Positions 1 to 9,759 of a stretch of 64,000 nt of DNA are shown here, one piece after another. A program made the position numbers and the translations under genes. Within the stretch, counting starts at the first letter, position 1, and every line of letters starts with the position of its first letter. Under the pieces are notes generated by a model. That model saw only the letters and a list, made by a program, of their open reading frames with translations. It made no database searches and was not told the origin of the DNA. Source of the stretch: Nitrospinaceae bacterium (GTDB lineage Bacteria > Nitrospinota > Nitrospinia > Nitrospinales > VA-1); contig JBHHVU010000009.1 of assembly GCA_046754465.1 (NCBI GenBank), positions 17,735-81,734 on the forward strand, given 5' to 3'.

Positions 1-994
1 TTTGCAGGACGCTGCCTTCCACTCCCTGGCCGTTCCCGGCGAATATTCCCAGGGTGATGAAACCGAGGTGACTGATGCTGGAGTAAGCCACCAGGGCTTT
101 CAGGTCCTTCTGGGCGATGGCGATCCAGGCTCCGTAAACGATACCCGCCGCGGCGGCAAAGGCGATCGTTCCTCCCAGGTCCGCCACTGCGTCGGGAAAC
201 ATCGGCAGACAGAACCGGATGAACCCGTAAGCGCCGGTCTTCGACATGGCGCCGGTAAGCAGAACCAGGGGAGGCACCGGACAGGAGATATAGGCGTGGG
301 GCACCCAACTGTGCAGGGGGAACACCGGAACCTTGATGGCAAACGCGAGAAAGAAAAACAGGAACATCCAGAGCTGGGTGCCGGGATCGATTTGAGTGTG
401 AACCAGGGTTTGGATATCGAAGGTGAGTTCTCCCGTGGCCTCATAGTGCACCACCGTGATGGCAATGATGGCGACCAGCATCAGAAGACTTCCCACCAGG
501 GTATAGATCACGAACTTGGTGGTGGCGTAAATCCGGCGCCCCTCCCCCCAGATTCCGATCATGAAATAGGTGGGAACCAGCATGAGCTCCCAGAAGACAT
601 AAAAAAGAATGGTATCCAACGCCAGGAAAACACCCAGGATTCCCGATTCCATGAGCAGCATCAGGGCGAGGAAATTCCTCAGGTTTTTTTTCTGGTTGAG
701 GGAATACAGGATCGCGATTCCCGAAAGGAGGGTGGTCAAAATCACCATGAGCAGGCTGATTCCGTCCACGCCCACCTCGTATTTGATGTTCAGGAGGGGA
801 ACCCAGGAAACGGACTCCACGAACTGCATTCCGGAATCGGTTTTGTCGAATGCCAGGAGGAGTCCGATGGAAATCAGGAAGGTCAAACCCGCTCCGCCCA
901 CGGCAAGGGTCCGGATATAGGATTGGCTTTCCTTCCCCACGAAAAGAAGGGCCAGCGCAACGGCAAAGGGTATGAAAATAATCAGTGTCAACAT
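1..994 (-). CDS. nuoM: NADH-quinone oxidoreductase subunit M, partial (3' part outside window)
   Basis: Not in the ORF track. Manual translation from ATG at 994 gives MLTLIIFIPFAV..., FYVFWELMLVPTYFMIGIWG, IKVPVFPLHSW and AYSSISHLGF. It follows nuoL directly. Confidence 0.93.
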   Translation of the reverse strand, partial: MLTLIIFIPFAVALALLFVGKESQSYIRTLAVGGAGLTFLISIGLLLAFDKTDSGMQFVESVSWVPLLNIKYEVGVDGISLLMVILTTLLSGIAILYSLNQKKNLRNFLALMLLMESGILGVFLALDTILFYVFWELMLVPTYFMIGIWGEGRRIYATTKFVIYTLVGSLLMLVAIIAITVVHYEATGELTFDIQTLVHTQIDPGTQLWMFLFFFLAFAIKVPVFPLHSWVPHAYISCPVPPLVLLTGAMSKTGAYGFIRFCLPMFPDAVADLGGTIAFAAAAGIVYGAWIAIAQKDLKALVAYSSISHLGFITLGIFAGNGQGVEGSVLQ

Positions 995-1015
995 ATCAGT
1001 TCATGTTCCGCCGTT

Positions 1016-2884
1016 TTAAAGAAAGACGACAAACAGCAGAATCGTCACCACCCCCACGACCATATTGAGGGCATAGGTTCTCACCTTGCCGGACTGCCAA
1101 AGGCTGAGGCCGTAACTCACGCCGCGGACCTTTTCGCCCAGTTCATCGACGGCGTAGTCGATTCCCTGTTTTTCCGCCTTTTCCTCCAGGAACGCCCCGA
1201 TGGCGCGAACCGGCCGGACGATGAGAAAGTCGTAAATTTCATCCACGTAGAATTTATTGATGAGAAGATCGTAGATGGGCGCGAGGGCCTGCTTGGCGAA
1301 TTCCAACTTGTCCCGACTGGTCATATAGACCAAGCCCGCGGTCACAATCCCCCCGATTCCCGCAAAAATTGCGATGGTTTCCAACAGGGAGTCTTCATAA
1401 TGTTCCGGCAAGGCGCCGAAAACGGGACTGAGGAAGTCATCCACCGCGTGACCCGCGAAACCCATCACCAGGGAAAAGAACGCGAGAACCGCCAACGGCC
1501 CGGCCATGATCCACGGGGCTTCGTGGGGATGGACGCCGGGCTTTCTCGCGCTTCCCATGAAGGTGTAAAAATAAACCCGGAAAATGTAAAACCCGGTCAT
1601 GCCTGCCGTAAATACGGCAATGGCCCAAAACACGATATTCCCCAGGGGAGAGTAATAAGAACTCAGAATGATCGCTTCCTTACTGAAGAATCCGCTGGTC
1701 AGGGGAAACCCGGCCAGGGTCAGGGCGCCGATCAAAAAAGTGACGTGGGTCAGGGGCATGAGGTGCCGCAATCCTCCCATATTGCGGATATCCTGATCCC
1801 CGTTCATGGAATGGATCACGCTGCCCGCGCTCAAAAATAGCAGGGCCTTGAAAAAAGCGTGGGTCATCAGATGAAACATCCCCAACGAGAAAACACCGAC
1901 CCCCACCGCGAGGAACATGTAGCCGAGCTGACTCATCGTGGAATAAGCGATGACGCGCTTGATGTCGTACTGCACCATCCCCATGGAACCCGCGATGACG
2001 GCGGTCAATGCCCCGATGACCGCGACGAGGAACATCGTGTAAGGAGCCAGTTCATAAAGGACATGGCAGCGGGCCACCAGATAAACCCCGGCGGTGACCA
2101 TGGTGGCCGCGTGGATCAACGCGCTGACGGGGGTGGGCCCCTCCATGGCATCGGGCAGCCACGTGTGCAGAGGGATCTGGGCCGATTTGGCCACCGCGCC
2201 CACCAGTAACAGCAGGGTGATCAGCAGAACCCCGTCGTCATTGACCAGGAACGTGCCAGGAGCGGCGGCAAACACATCCATGTAATTGATCGAGCCGAAC
2301 GTGTTGAAAATCACGAACGCGGCAATGACCATGCCCACATCGCCGATCACGTTCATGACAAATGCTTTTCGGGCCGCGAGCACCGCACTGGTTTTATCCC
2401 TCCAAAATCCGATCAACAGGTAAGACGCCAGACCCACCAGGGCCCAGCCCACGATGAGGAAAAAGAAATCCGCCGCCGCCACCAGCACCAGCATCGCGAA
2501 TACAAACAGATTCATGTAAGCAAAGAACCGGCTGTATTCCGGATCGCCCTCCATGTACCCGATCGAATACACGTGGATCACGAATCCCACCCCGGTGACG
2601 ATCAGGAACATGAAGACGGACAAAGGATCGATCAAGATGGACAGGTTCAGCTTGAAGGTCCCGGAAGATATCCATTGGTAAAGGACCTCCACATGGCCCA
2701 CCCGTTTCGCCGGTTCCAGCAACAACAGGTTGCTCAGGGTGATCAGGGTGATCAGGAACGACAGGCCGACGAGACCCGAGGCGGCATACCCCACCCGTTT
2801 CCGGGGGATTCTTTCGCCGAACCAGCTCAGGCCCACGAACCCCAGGGCAGGTAGTATTAAAATAAGCCACGCGTAAGCAAACAA
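1016..2884 (-). CDS. nuoL: NADH-quinone oxidoreductase subunit L
   Basis: 622 aa hydrophobic protein with KSAQIPLHTWLPDAMEGPTPVSALIHAATMV and AYSTMSQLGYM. Confidence 0.97.
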   Translation of the reverse strand: MFAYAWLILILPALGFVGLSWFGERIPRKRVGYAASGLVGLSFLITLITLSNLLLLEPAKRVGHVEVLYQWISSGTFKLNLSILIDPLSVFMFLIVTGVGFVIHVYSIGYMEGDPEYSRFFAYMNLFVFAMLVLVAAADFFFLIVGWALVGLASYLLIGFWRDKTSAVLAARKAFVMNVIGDVGMVIAAFVIFNTFGSINYMDVFAAAPGTFLVNDDGVLLITLLLLVGAVAKSAQIPLHTWLPDAMEGPTPVSALIHAATMVTAGVYLVARCHVLYELAPYTMFLVAVIGALTAVIAGSMGMVQYDIKRVIAYSTMSQLGYMFLAVGVGVFSLGMFHLMTHAFFKALLFLSAGSVIHSMNGDQDIRNMGGLRHLMPLTHVTFLIGALTLAGFPLTSGFFSKEAIILSSYYSPLGNIVFWAIAVFTAGMTGFYIFRVYFYTFMGSARKPGVHPHEAPWIMAGPLAVLAFFSLVMGFAGHAVDDFLSPVFGALPEHYEDSLLETIAIFAGIGGIVTAGLVYMTSRDKLEFAKQALAPIYDLLINKFYVDEIYDFLIVRPVRAIGAFLEEKAEKQGIDYAVDELGEKVRGVSYGLSLWQSGKVRTYALNMVVGVVTILLFVVFL

Positions 2885-2889
2885 TGGAA

Positions 2890-3189
2890 TTATCCCTTCA
2901 ACACATTAATATGATCGACGTTGAGGTCGTGCCGCGTCCGGAAAATAGTGAGGATGATCGCCAGCCCCACCACCACCTCGGCGGCGGCCACCGTCATGAT
3001 GATGAGGGCGAAGATCTGGCCATCCAGGGAATTTAAAAACTTGGAGTAGGCGATCAGTAATAAGTTGACGGAGTTCAACATGAGTTCCACCGACATCAGC
3101 ATGATGAGGGGGTTTTTCCGGATGATGAATCCGACCGTGCCAATGCAAAAAATCGTTGCACTGATGATGAGAATGAATTGGCTGCCCAT
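2890..3189 (-). CDS. nuoK: NADH-quinone oxidoreductase subunit K
   Basis: 99 aa, 3 TM, SVELMLN and VAAAEVVVGLA. Confidence 0.97.
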   Translation of the reverse strand: MGSQFILIISATIFCIGTVGFIIRKNPLIMLMSVELMLNSVNLLLIAYSKFLNSLDGQIFALIIMTVAAAEVVVGLAIILTIFRTRHDLNVDHINVLKG

Positions 3190-3191
3190 GG

Positions 3192-3731
3192 TTATCGCGT
3201 CCGCCTCCTCAAGGGGGTGTAAGAAAATTTGGCCAGGCAGACGATGCCCACCGTGGCCACCAGCAGGAGGACAGATGCCAGTTCAAAGGCTACCAGATGA
3301 CGGGAAAGCAATTCCAGGCCCACGGCCTTGGCGTTTCCCATCACTGACAAGACCTTCTGGTCGATATTTCCCTGGAGGGGTTGGGTGAGCCCCACCCGGG
3401 CCGACATCAACAGTTCGCCAAATAAAATAAAAACGAAGGAGAACGCGGCCCATCGCTGAACCGAGGATTCCTGGACTTCTTTTTTGCCGCCCAAAAGCGC
3501 GATGATGAAAAGGAAAAGAATCATGACCGCGCCGGCGTATACGATGATCTGCACCGCCGCGATGAACTCGGCATTATAAAGGAGAAATAAAAGGGCGAGA
3601 CAAAACATGTTGCTGATCAAGTACAAGGCGCAGTAAATCGGGGTCGCGCTAAGGATCACCCCCAGCGCGGCGAAAACCGCCGTAACGCCTATCACGAAAA
3701 CCACCACCTCGTAGGTGATTTCAAACACCAT
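3192..3731 (-). CDS. nuoJ: NADH-quinone oxidoreductase subunit J
   Basis: QIIVYAGAVMILFLF and FELASVLLL motifs; GGAGGAG RBS upstream. Confidence 0.96.
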   Translation of the reverse strand: MVFEITYEVVVFVIGVTAVFAALGVILSATPIYCALYLISNMFCLALLFLLYNAEFIAAVQIIVYAGAVMILFLFIIALLGGKKEVQESSVQRWAAFSFVFILFGELLMSARVGLTQPLQGNIDQKVLSVMGNAKAVGLELLSRHLVAFELASVLLLVATVGIVCLAKFSYTPLRRRTR

Positions 3732-3936
3732 TGTCTGCTCCTCCCATGGAATTACCGATACCGGGTCATGAACCCCTGGGTCCCTTTTTTGAAAAGGGTC
3801 CTCCCAAAAACGGACAGGAGAAAAACTCCCGGAATATCATGCCCGGCGGCCCCCATGCATCCCAGGCGGCCCGGCCGGGAAAATCGCACCTCAAAACATT
3901 CCGGACCGGGAATCCCCGTTCCGCCGGCAACTTGGG

Positions 3937-4431
3937 TCATTTATTGATCCGCTCGGTATTGCCCAGAATATTGACGCGGAATTGGTTGGGTTCGGGATAA
4001 ACCAATAGATCTTCCTTGGTCGCGATATACATGTCGCGGTCGTAATCCGCCAGTTCGTAATGTTCGCGAAGCACCACCGCATCCACCGGACAGGCCTCTT
4101 CACAATAGCCGCAATAGATGCACCGCAGCAGGTTGATTTCATAAACAGCGGCATACCGTTCGCCGGGGGACACCCGGTGTTCCGGGGTATTCTCCGCCGA
4201 AACCACATGAATGCACCCCACGGGGCAATTGATGGAGCACAGGCTGCACCCCACGCATCGTTCCAACCCATTTTCATCGCGATTCAGAAAATGCCGGCCG
4301 CGGTACCGCTCCGGCATCGTCCGCTTGACTTCGGGATACTGGATGGTGACGGGCTTGGACAACATATTCTTAAAGGTCACCCCGAGACCCACCAATAAAT
4401 TTTTCATTCCCGATAACGCGGCTTGTAACAT
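3937..4431 (-). CDS. nuoI: NADH-quinone oxidoreductase subunit I, 2x[4Fe-4S]
   Basis: CVGCSLCSINCP and CIYCGYCEEACP. Confidence 0.97.
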   Translation of the reverse strand: MLQAALSGMKNLLVGLGVTFKNMLSKPVTIQYPEVKRTMPERYRGRHFLNRDENGLERCVGCSLCSINCPVGCIHVVSAENTPEHRVSPGERYAAVYEINLLRCIYCGYCEEACPVDAVVLREHYELADYDRDMYIATKEDLLVYPEPNQFRVNILGNTERINK

Positions 4432-4449
4432 AAGACCACCCGAACAGTT

Positions 4450-5469
4450 TTATAACACCTTGATCGCGCTGGTGATTAAAAGATTGAGCAGACAAAGAGG
4501 CAAAAGAACTTTCCATCCAAAGGTCATCAACCGGTCGTAACGAATTCTGGGAAAAGTCGACCGCAACCAGATGAAGACACAAAGCAAAAGGAACACTTTG
4601 ACCGCGAAAGCCACGATAGGCCAGACAGGGAGACCATAAGTGTTCCAACCGCCCAGGAACAGCAGCGTCACCAACGAACTCATGGTGACCATGTTGATAT
4701 ATTCCCCCATGAAGAACATGGCGAACTTCATACCCGTATATTCCGTATGGAACCCGGCCACCAGTTCCTGCTCCGCTTCCGGAAGATCGAACGGCGCCCG
4801 GTTGGTTTCCGCCACGCCCGCCGTGAAAAACAACAGGAACGCCAGCGGTTGCGTCAGGATAAATGGCAGGGTTTTCTGGTATTCCACCAGATCGATCAGG
4901 TTCAACGACCCGGTCATCAGGATGATGCTGAGAGCCGAAAGCCCGAGGGTCAATTCATAACTGATCATTTGCGCGGAAGAACGCAACCCGCCCATCAGGG
5001 AGTATTTGCTGTTCGAGGAAAGGCCCGCCAGAACCATTCCGTAAATGCCCATCCCGGAAATCGCGAACACAAATAAAATCCCTGAATTGATATTGGCCCC
5101 CCACAGGCCGATCTTCTGGCCGAACACCTCAATCGGTTCACCAAAGGGGATCACCGCGAAAGTGACAATGGCCGTGAAGACCACCACCGCCGGCGCCAAG
5201 TGATATAAAAACTTGTCCGCCGAACTCTGGATGATCGATTCCTTGAACAAAAGTTTGATCGAGTCGGCAAAAGGCTGACCCAGGCCCAGCGGCCCGACAC
5301 GGTTGGGTCCCAGCCGCACCTGAAACCGCCCCATCAGCCGGCGCTCCAGCCAAACCAGACCCGGCACCACCGCCAGCAGACCTCCCGCGATCACCACCGC
5401 CTTGATCGAGCCTATGATCAGGTCCGCATTCAGAAGGGGTTCAAAAAAATTCAGTATTTCATCAATCAA
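4450..5469 (-). CDS. nuoH: NADH-quinone oxidoreductase subunit H
   Basis: GPNRVGPLG and AETNRAPFDLPEAEQELVAGF; start codon approximate. Confidence 0.97.
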   Translation of the reverse strand: MIDEILNFFEPLLNADLIIGSIKAVVIAGGLLAVVPGLVWLERRLMGRFQVRLGPNRVGPLGLGQPFADSIKLLFKESIIQSSADKFLYHLAPAVVVFTAIVTFAVIPFGEPIEVFGQKIGLWGANINSGILFVFAISGMGIYGMVLAGLSSNSKYSLMGGLRSSAQMISYELTLGLSALSIILMTGSLNLIDLVEYQKTLPFILTQPLAFLLFFTAGVAETNRAPFDLPEAEQELVAGFHTEYTGMKFAMFFMGEYINMVTMSSLVTLLFLGGWNTYGLPVWPIVAFAVKVFLLLCVFIWLRSTFPRIRYDRLMTFGWKVLLPLCLLNLLITSAIKVL

Positions 5470-5510
5470 AACGATGTTTGTCTCCTTTATTTCTCAACCA
5501 AGCCGGTGCA

Positions 5511-8000
5511 TTAACATTTGTGAATCTCCACCCAATCCGCCGACCCTCCTCCGGAAACCAATCCTCCGACACCCTGTTCATCGGAAATTCTGGGAACCAC
5601 CACGGCACCCGGATTGCAACGGTTGGAAATTTCCACCTCTGCCTTGACCTGAGCCTTCCCGGACTCGATCCAAACCTCATCCCCGTTTTGCAAGCCGAGG
5701 ATTTTGGCGTCCTCTTCGTTAAGGTGGATAGTCGAGGGTTTGAAATGATGCGCAAGCTGTGAGGAGGCGTCCAAAATTTTATCGTGGGCGAACAGATAAG
5801 AAGCGATCCTCAACTTAAGTGACCCGGAATTGTTCCCGGCCGGGAAATCCGGCGATTCCGCGCCGGATTCTGGAGTTCGGGAAATGGCCAGGCGATTTTT
5901 TCCCACCTGTTTGACGCTCTTTTTGTTGATCTCTCCATAACCGGGGACCTTGGCGGCAATTTCATCGGTCACGCTGAATGAGGGCAGGAAACGGCTCTCC
6001 CCGCCCAGGGTCTCGGCCATCCAGGAAACGATTTTCCAATCGGGCGGGTTGACGGTATTCAGTCCGCGTTTTCTCAACTGCACCCGGCCGCCGATATTGG
6101 TGGTGGTCCCCTCGTCGTATCCCGGCCCGTTGGAAGGCAAAACAATATGGGCCCGTTGGGAAGTTTCCGTTTCCAGCATATCGTGGACCACCAGCAGGTC
6201 CAGTTTACCGAGGGCCGCGGCCACTGTTTCCCCGCCGGGAAATTCCACGGCCGGATTGGACCGGTAAACGAGGAGGGCCTTGAGTTCGCCCGATTCCGCC
6301 TTCGCCATCATCTCCAGCGCGGAAAGTCCGGTTTGGAGGGGCGCCTTCTCCCCCCATTGCTTTTTGATCGTCTCCCCCTCGGTCAGAGGAATCCCGCCGG
6401 GATAATAGCCGGGCAACACGCCCATGTCCAGGGCGCCCACGGCATTGGTGAACGGCGCCGCCGGTATGGCCCCGCACTCGATGGACGGAATCTTCCCGAT
6501 CACGGACAACAGATGCCGGAGCTTGTGGACCGCCCCGCCGGTCAAGGCGGCCGGATTGTAAATGACGGTCACCTTGGCACTGGACCGAACCTGTGCGACG
6601 AGGGATTGTATCTGCTCCATTTCGATCCCGGTGTCCTTTCGGATATCCGGGATGGCGCCGCCGGATTCGGGTCCGGTTTCCCGGGAAAGATAGTCCGCCA
6701 TGGTGGCGAACACCCGTGCATCGGACCCGATATTGAATCGCAGGGAAAGTTGGGCGTACCGGTCCATCAGGGTGGACTGATCGTTCAGGACGGCCAGTTT
6801 CACGCCGTGCCGGGTGACCGCTTTTTTAATTCTTAAATCGAGGATGGGCAATTCCTCGGTGGGGTCGCTGGCAATCAACAACACCAGGGTGGAGGTCTCG
6901 ATATCGTCAAAATCGTAATGGTTTATGGGCAGGCCGGGGGTTTCGGCATAGGTCTTATGGTCGATATTGTTGGTTCCAAAATTCAGCCGGAACAGTTTCT
7001 GGTAGAGATACAGTTCCTCGTTGGTGCCGTAAGGCGATCCGATAAATCCCACGCTTTCGGGTCCATGCGTATCGACGATTTTCTGGATGGCCCGGGCCGC
7101 CTGGGCCGCCGCTTCCTTGACGGGAAGGGACCGGTTCTTTCCATCGAACGTGGTGCGGGCCTCGACGATTCGGTTTTTGGCATGCAGGAAATCCTGACCC
7201 CACCGGCCCTTGTCGCAGACCCAACCGTCATTGACCCCGTCGTTGGGGCGGGCCTGGACGCGCATGAACTGGTTGAGACGCGTTCCGAGGACCATGTTGC
7301 AGTTGCAACCGCAATGCGCGCAAAGGGTGTCGGTATTCTTCAGGTCCCAGGTCCGCGCCTTGAACCGGAACTGGGTATTGGTCAAGGCGCCCACGGGGCA
7401 GATGTCGATCACATTTCCCGAAAACCGGGTATTGTAGGGTTCGTCGTTAAAGGTGCCGATTTCGTTGTGGAATCCGCGGTTGAGCATCACCAGGGCCTGG
7501 TCCTGCTCGATGACCTCGCTGTAACGGGTGCAACGCTGGCAGGCGATGCAACGTTCCCGGTCCAGGGTGATGACGGGGCTGAGAGGCGCGGCCTTCAAGT
7601 TGTGGGCGCGGCCGAACTCCATTCGCGTATCGCCCGGACCGTACTTGAAGGTATTGTTCTGCAGGGGGCACTCCCCGCCTTTATCGCAAACCGGGCAATC
7701 CAGGGGATGATTGAGCAGCGTGAATTCCAGGACCCCTTTCTGGGCCTTTTCCACTTTCGGCGTGGTGGTTTTGACCACCATGTCCGGTCCGGCGTCGAGG
7801 GTGCAGGCGGTCATCAGTTTCGGCATCTTCTCCACTTCGACCAGGCACATGCGGCAACAGCCGAGGGAACCCAGTTTTTCGTGGTAGCAGAAAACGGGAA
7901 TCTCGATGCCCACCTGTTTGGCGGCGTCCACGACCTTGGTGCCCCGGGCCACGGTAACGGCTTGATCGTCTATGGTCAATGTGATGGAGTTGTTTCCCAT
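5511..8000 (-). CDS. nuoG: NADH-quinone oxidoreductase subunit G
   Basis: 829 aa. CRMC and HPLDCPVCDKGGEC, CIACQRC...CP, N7-type CAHCGCNC...CDKGR, and a molybdopterin-oxidoreductase-like C-terminus. Confidence 0.96.
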   Translation of the reverse strand: MGNNSITLTIDDQAVTVARGTKVVDAAKQVGIEIPVFCYHEKLGSLGCCRMCLVEVEKMPKLMTACTLDAGPDMVVKTTTPKVEKAQKGVLEFTLLNHPLDCPVCDKGGECPLQNNTFKYGPGDTRMEFGRAHNLKAAPLSPVITLDRERCIACQRCTRYSEVIEQDQALVMLNRGFHNEIGTFNDEPYNTRFSGNVIDICPVGALTNTQFRFKARTWDLKNTDTLCAHCGCNCNMVLGTRLNQFMRVQARPNDGVNDGWVCDKGRWGQDFLHAKNRIVEARTTFDGKNRSLPVKEAAAQAARAIQKIVDTHGPESVGFIGSPYGTNEELYLYQKLFRLNFGTNNIDHKTYAETPGLPINHYDFDDIETSTLVLLIASDPTEELPILDLRIKKAVTRHGVKLAVLNDQSTLMDRYAQLSLRFNIGSDARVFATMADYLSRETGPESGGAIPDIRKDTGIEMEQIQSLVAQVRSSAKVTVIYNPAALTGGAVHKLRHLLSVIGKIPSIECGAIPAAPFTNAVGALDMGVLPGYYPGGIPLTEGETIKKQWGEKAPLQTGLSALEMMAKAESGELKALLVYRSNPAVEFPGGETVAAALGKLDLLVVHDMLETETSQRAHIVLPSNGPGYDEGTTTNIGGRVQLRKRGLNTVNPPDWKIVSWMAETLGGESRFLPSFSVTDEIAAKVPGYGEINKKSVKQVGKNRLAISRTPESGAESPDFPAGNNSGSLKLRIASYLFAHDKILDASSQLAHHFKPSTIHLNEEDAKILGLQNGDEVWIESGKAQVKAEVEISNRCNPGAVVVPRISDEQGVGGLVSGGGSADWVEIHKC

Positions 8001-8013
8001 ATCCTCAGTCCAA

Positions 8014-9273
8014 TTATAAGGCCGCCTGGGCCGTCATTTTTTCGATCATGGCGTCGTAATCCTCGCGGAAGGTTTTGATGCTGCTGATCACCGGGGCGAC
8101 GGCGGCATCTCCCAGCGGACAAAAACACTTGAAGCTCATGTTATCGCAGATATCCGTCAGCTCCTCCACGTGGAGTTTGCTGCCTTTCCCGTTCTGAATC
8201 TGGGAAAGGATTTGCCACATCCAGCGCGTCCCTTCCCGGCAGGGAGTGCATTTTCCGCAGGATTCATGCATGTAAAAACTGACGAGCCGGAGCGTGGTTT
8301 CCACCACGTTCACGGTGTGGTCCATCACGATCAGGGCTCCGGAACCCAGCATCGTCCCGGCGGCCTGAAGCGATTCGTAATCATAGGGGGTATCGACCTT
8401 TTCGGCGGGAAGCATGGGCACGGAAGAGCCGCCGGGGATAAAGGCTTTCAAGCGGTTGCCGTTACGGATTCCTCCCGCCATATCATAAATGATTTCCCGT
8501 ACGGGGGTGCCCAGCACGACCTCGTAATTCCCCGGTTTCTTGACGTGTCCCGAAACGCTGACCAGTTTGGTTCCCTTGCTTTTTTCCGTTCCCAGGGCGG
8601 CGTATTTTTCCGCGCCTTCGTTCACGATGCAGGGAACGACGCAAAGGGTCTCCACGTTGTTGATGACCGTGGGTTTGGCATACAGGCCTTCCACGGCGGG
8701 AAACGGGGGTTTCATCCGGGGTTCGCCGCGCCTGCCCTCCAGGGAATTCAAAAGCGCCGACTCCTCTCCGCAGATGTAGGCCCCGGCGCCCAAATGGGTA
8801 TGAATGTCCAGATCGAAACCAGAACCCAAAATATTTTTGCCAAGGTATCCTTTGGCATAAGCCTCTTCAAGCGCTTTTTCCATGACTTCACACAAATCGT
8901 GGAACTCCCCGCGCATGTAGATGTATCCGGTCCCGACACGGCAAGCGTAGGAACAAAGGATCATGCCCTCGATCAGCAGGTGCGGATTTTTTTGCAGGAG
9001 TTCCCGGTCCTTGCAGGTTCCCGGTTCGCTTTCATCGGCATTACAGCAGAGGTAGCGGGGAAACACGTCCTTCGCCAGAAAACTCCATTTCAGTCCGGTG
9101 GGGAACCCCGCCCCGCCCCGTCCCCGGAGACCGGAGGCCTTCACCATTTCCACGATTTCACCGGGCGGCTTGGCGAAGGCTTTTTGGAGGCTCTTGTACC
9201 CCCCCTGTTTTTCGTAGACCTCCAGGGTTTCGAGCCCTTCCATATTGATATTTTTAAAAAGGATCTGGGTCAT
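8014..9273 (-). CDS. nuoF: NADH-quinone oxidoreductase subunit F
   Basis: GRGGAGFPTG, NADESEPG, GAGAYICGEE, ESCGKCTPCREG. Confidence 0.97.
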   Translation of the reverse strand: MTQILFKNINMEGLETLEVYEKQGGYKSLQKAFAKPPGEIVEMVKASGLRGRGGAGFPTGLKWSFLAKDVFPRYLCCNADESEPGTCKDRELLQKNPHLLIEGMILCSYACRVGTGYIYMRGEFHDLCEVMEKALEEAYAKGYLGKNILGSGFDLDIHTHLGAGAYICGEESALLNSLEGRRGEPRMKPPFPAVEGLYAKPTVINNVETLCVVPCIVNEGAEKYAALGTEKSKGTKLVSVSGHVKKPGNYEVVLGTPVREIIYDMAGGIRNGNRLKAFIPGGSSVPMLPAEKVDTPYDYESLQAAGTMLGSGALIVMDHTVNVVETTLRLVSFYMHESCGKCTPCREGTRWMWQILSQIQNGKGSKLHVEELTDICDNMSFKCFCPLGDAAVAPVISSIKTFREDYDAMIEKMTAQAAL

Positions 9274-9288
9274 GGCATGGGATCTGGG

Positions 9289-9759
9289 TCAATCCAGTGA
9301 ATCGAGAATCCGGTCAATTTTTTCCGGGGTCAGGTTTTCATAATACGTATCGTTGACCCGCATCATGGGCGCGCCCGCGCAAGCCGCCAGGCATTCCTCC
9401 CGGCGCAGGGTAAACTTTCTATCCGCGGTGGTTTCCCCGGGCTGGATGTTTAACTTTTTGGCAGTGTAATCCAGCAGGGCATCGCACCCGTTCAACTGGC
9501 AACTGATATTGATGCAGAACAGAATCACGTATTTGCCGACGGGCCCAGTGAAATACATGGTGTAAAAGGAGCACACCGACTGCACATACGCAGGCGAGAC
9601 ATCGAGACGCCGGGCGATTTCCACCATGGCATCCGGGCTGATGTATCCCTCCTGCCGCTGGGCCAGGGTCAGCAGGGGCAACAGGGCCGACTGGCGGAAG
9701 GGATATTTACCCAGGATCTTTTCGATCTGCTTTTCAGAGGTATCAGTAAACGTGAACAT
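9289..9759 (-). CDS. nuoE: NADH-quinone oxidoreductase subunit E, [2Fe-2S]
   Basis: CINISC...CLAAC motifs; start reset to ATG 9759, which overlaps the nuoD stop (TGATG). Confidence 0.95.
   Translation of the reverse strand: MFTFTDTSEKQIEKILGKYPFRQSALLPLLTLAQRQEGYISPDAMVEIARRLDVSPAYVQSVCSFYTMYFTGPVGKYVILFCINISCQLNGCDALLDYTAKKLNIQPGETTADRKFTLRREECLAACAGAPMMRVNDTYYENLTPEKIDRILDSLD

Noticed and set aside
2..1840. 612-aa plus-strand ORF
   Set aside because: Antisense shadow of nuoM/nuoL with no motifs; typical of GC-rich codon bias.
6918..9300. 386-aa and 376-aa plus-strand ORFs
   Set aside because: Antisense to nuoG and nuoF.
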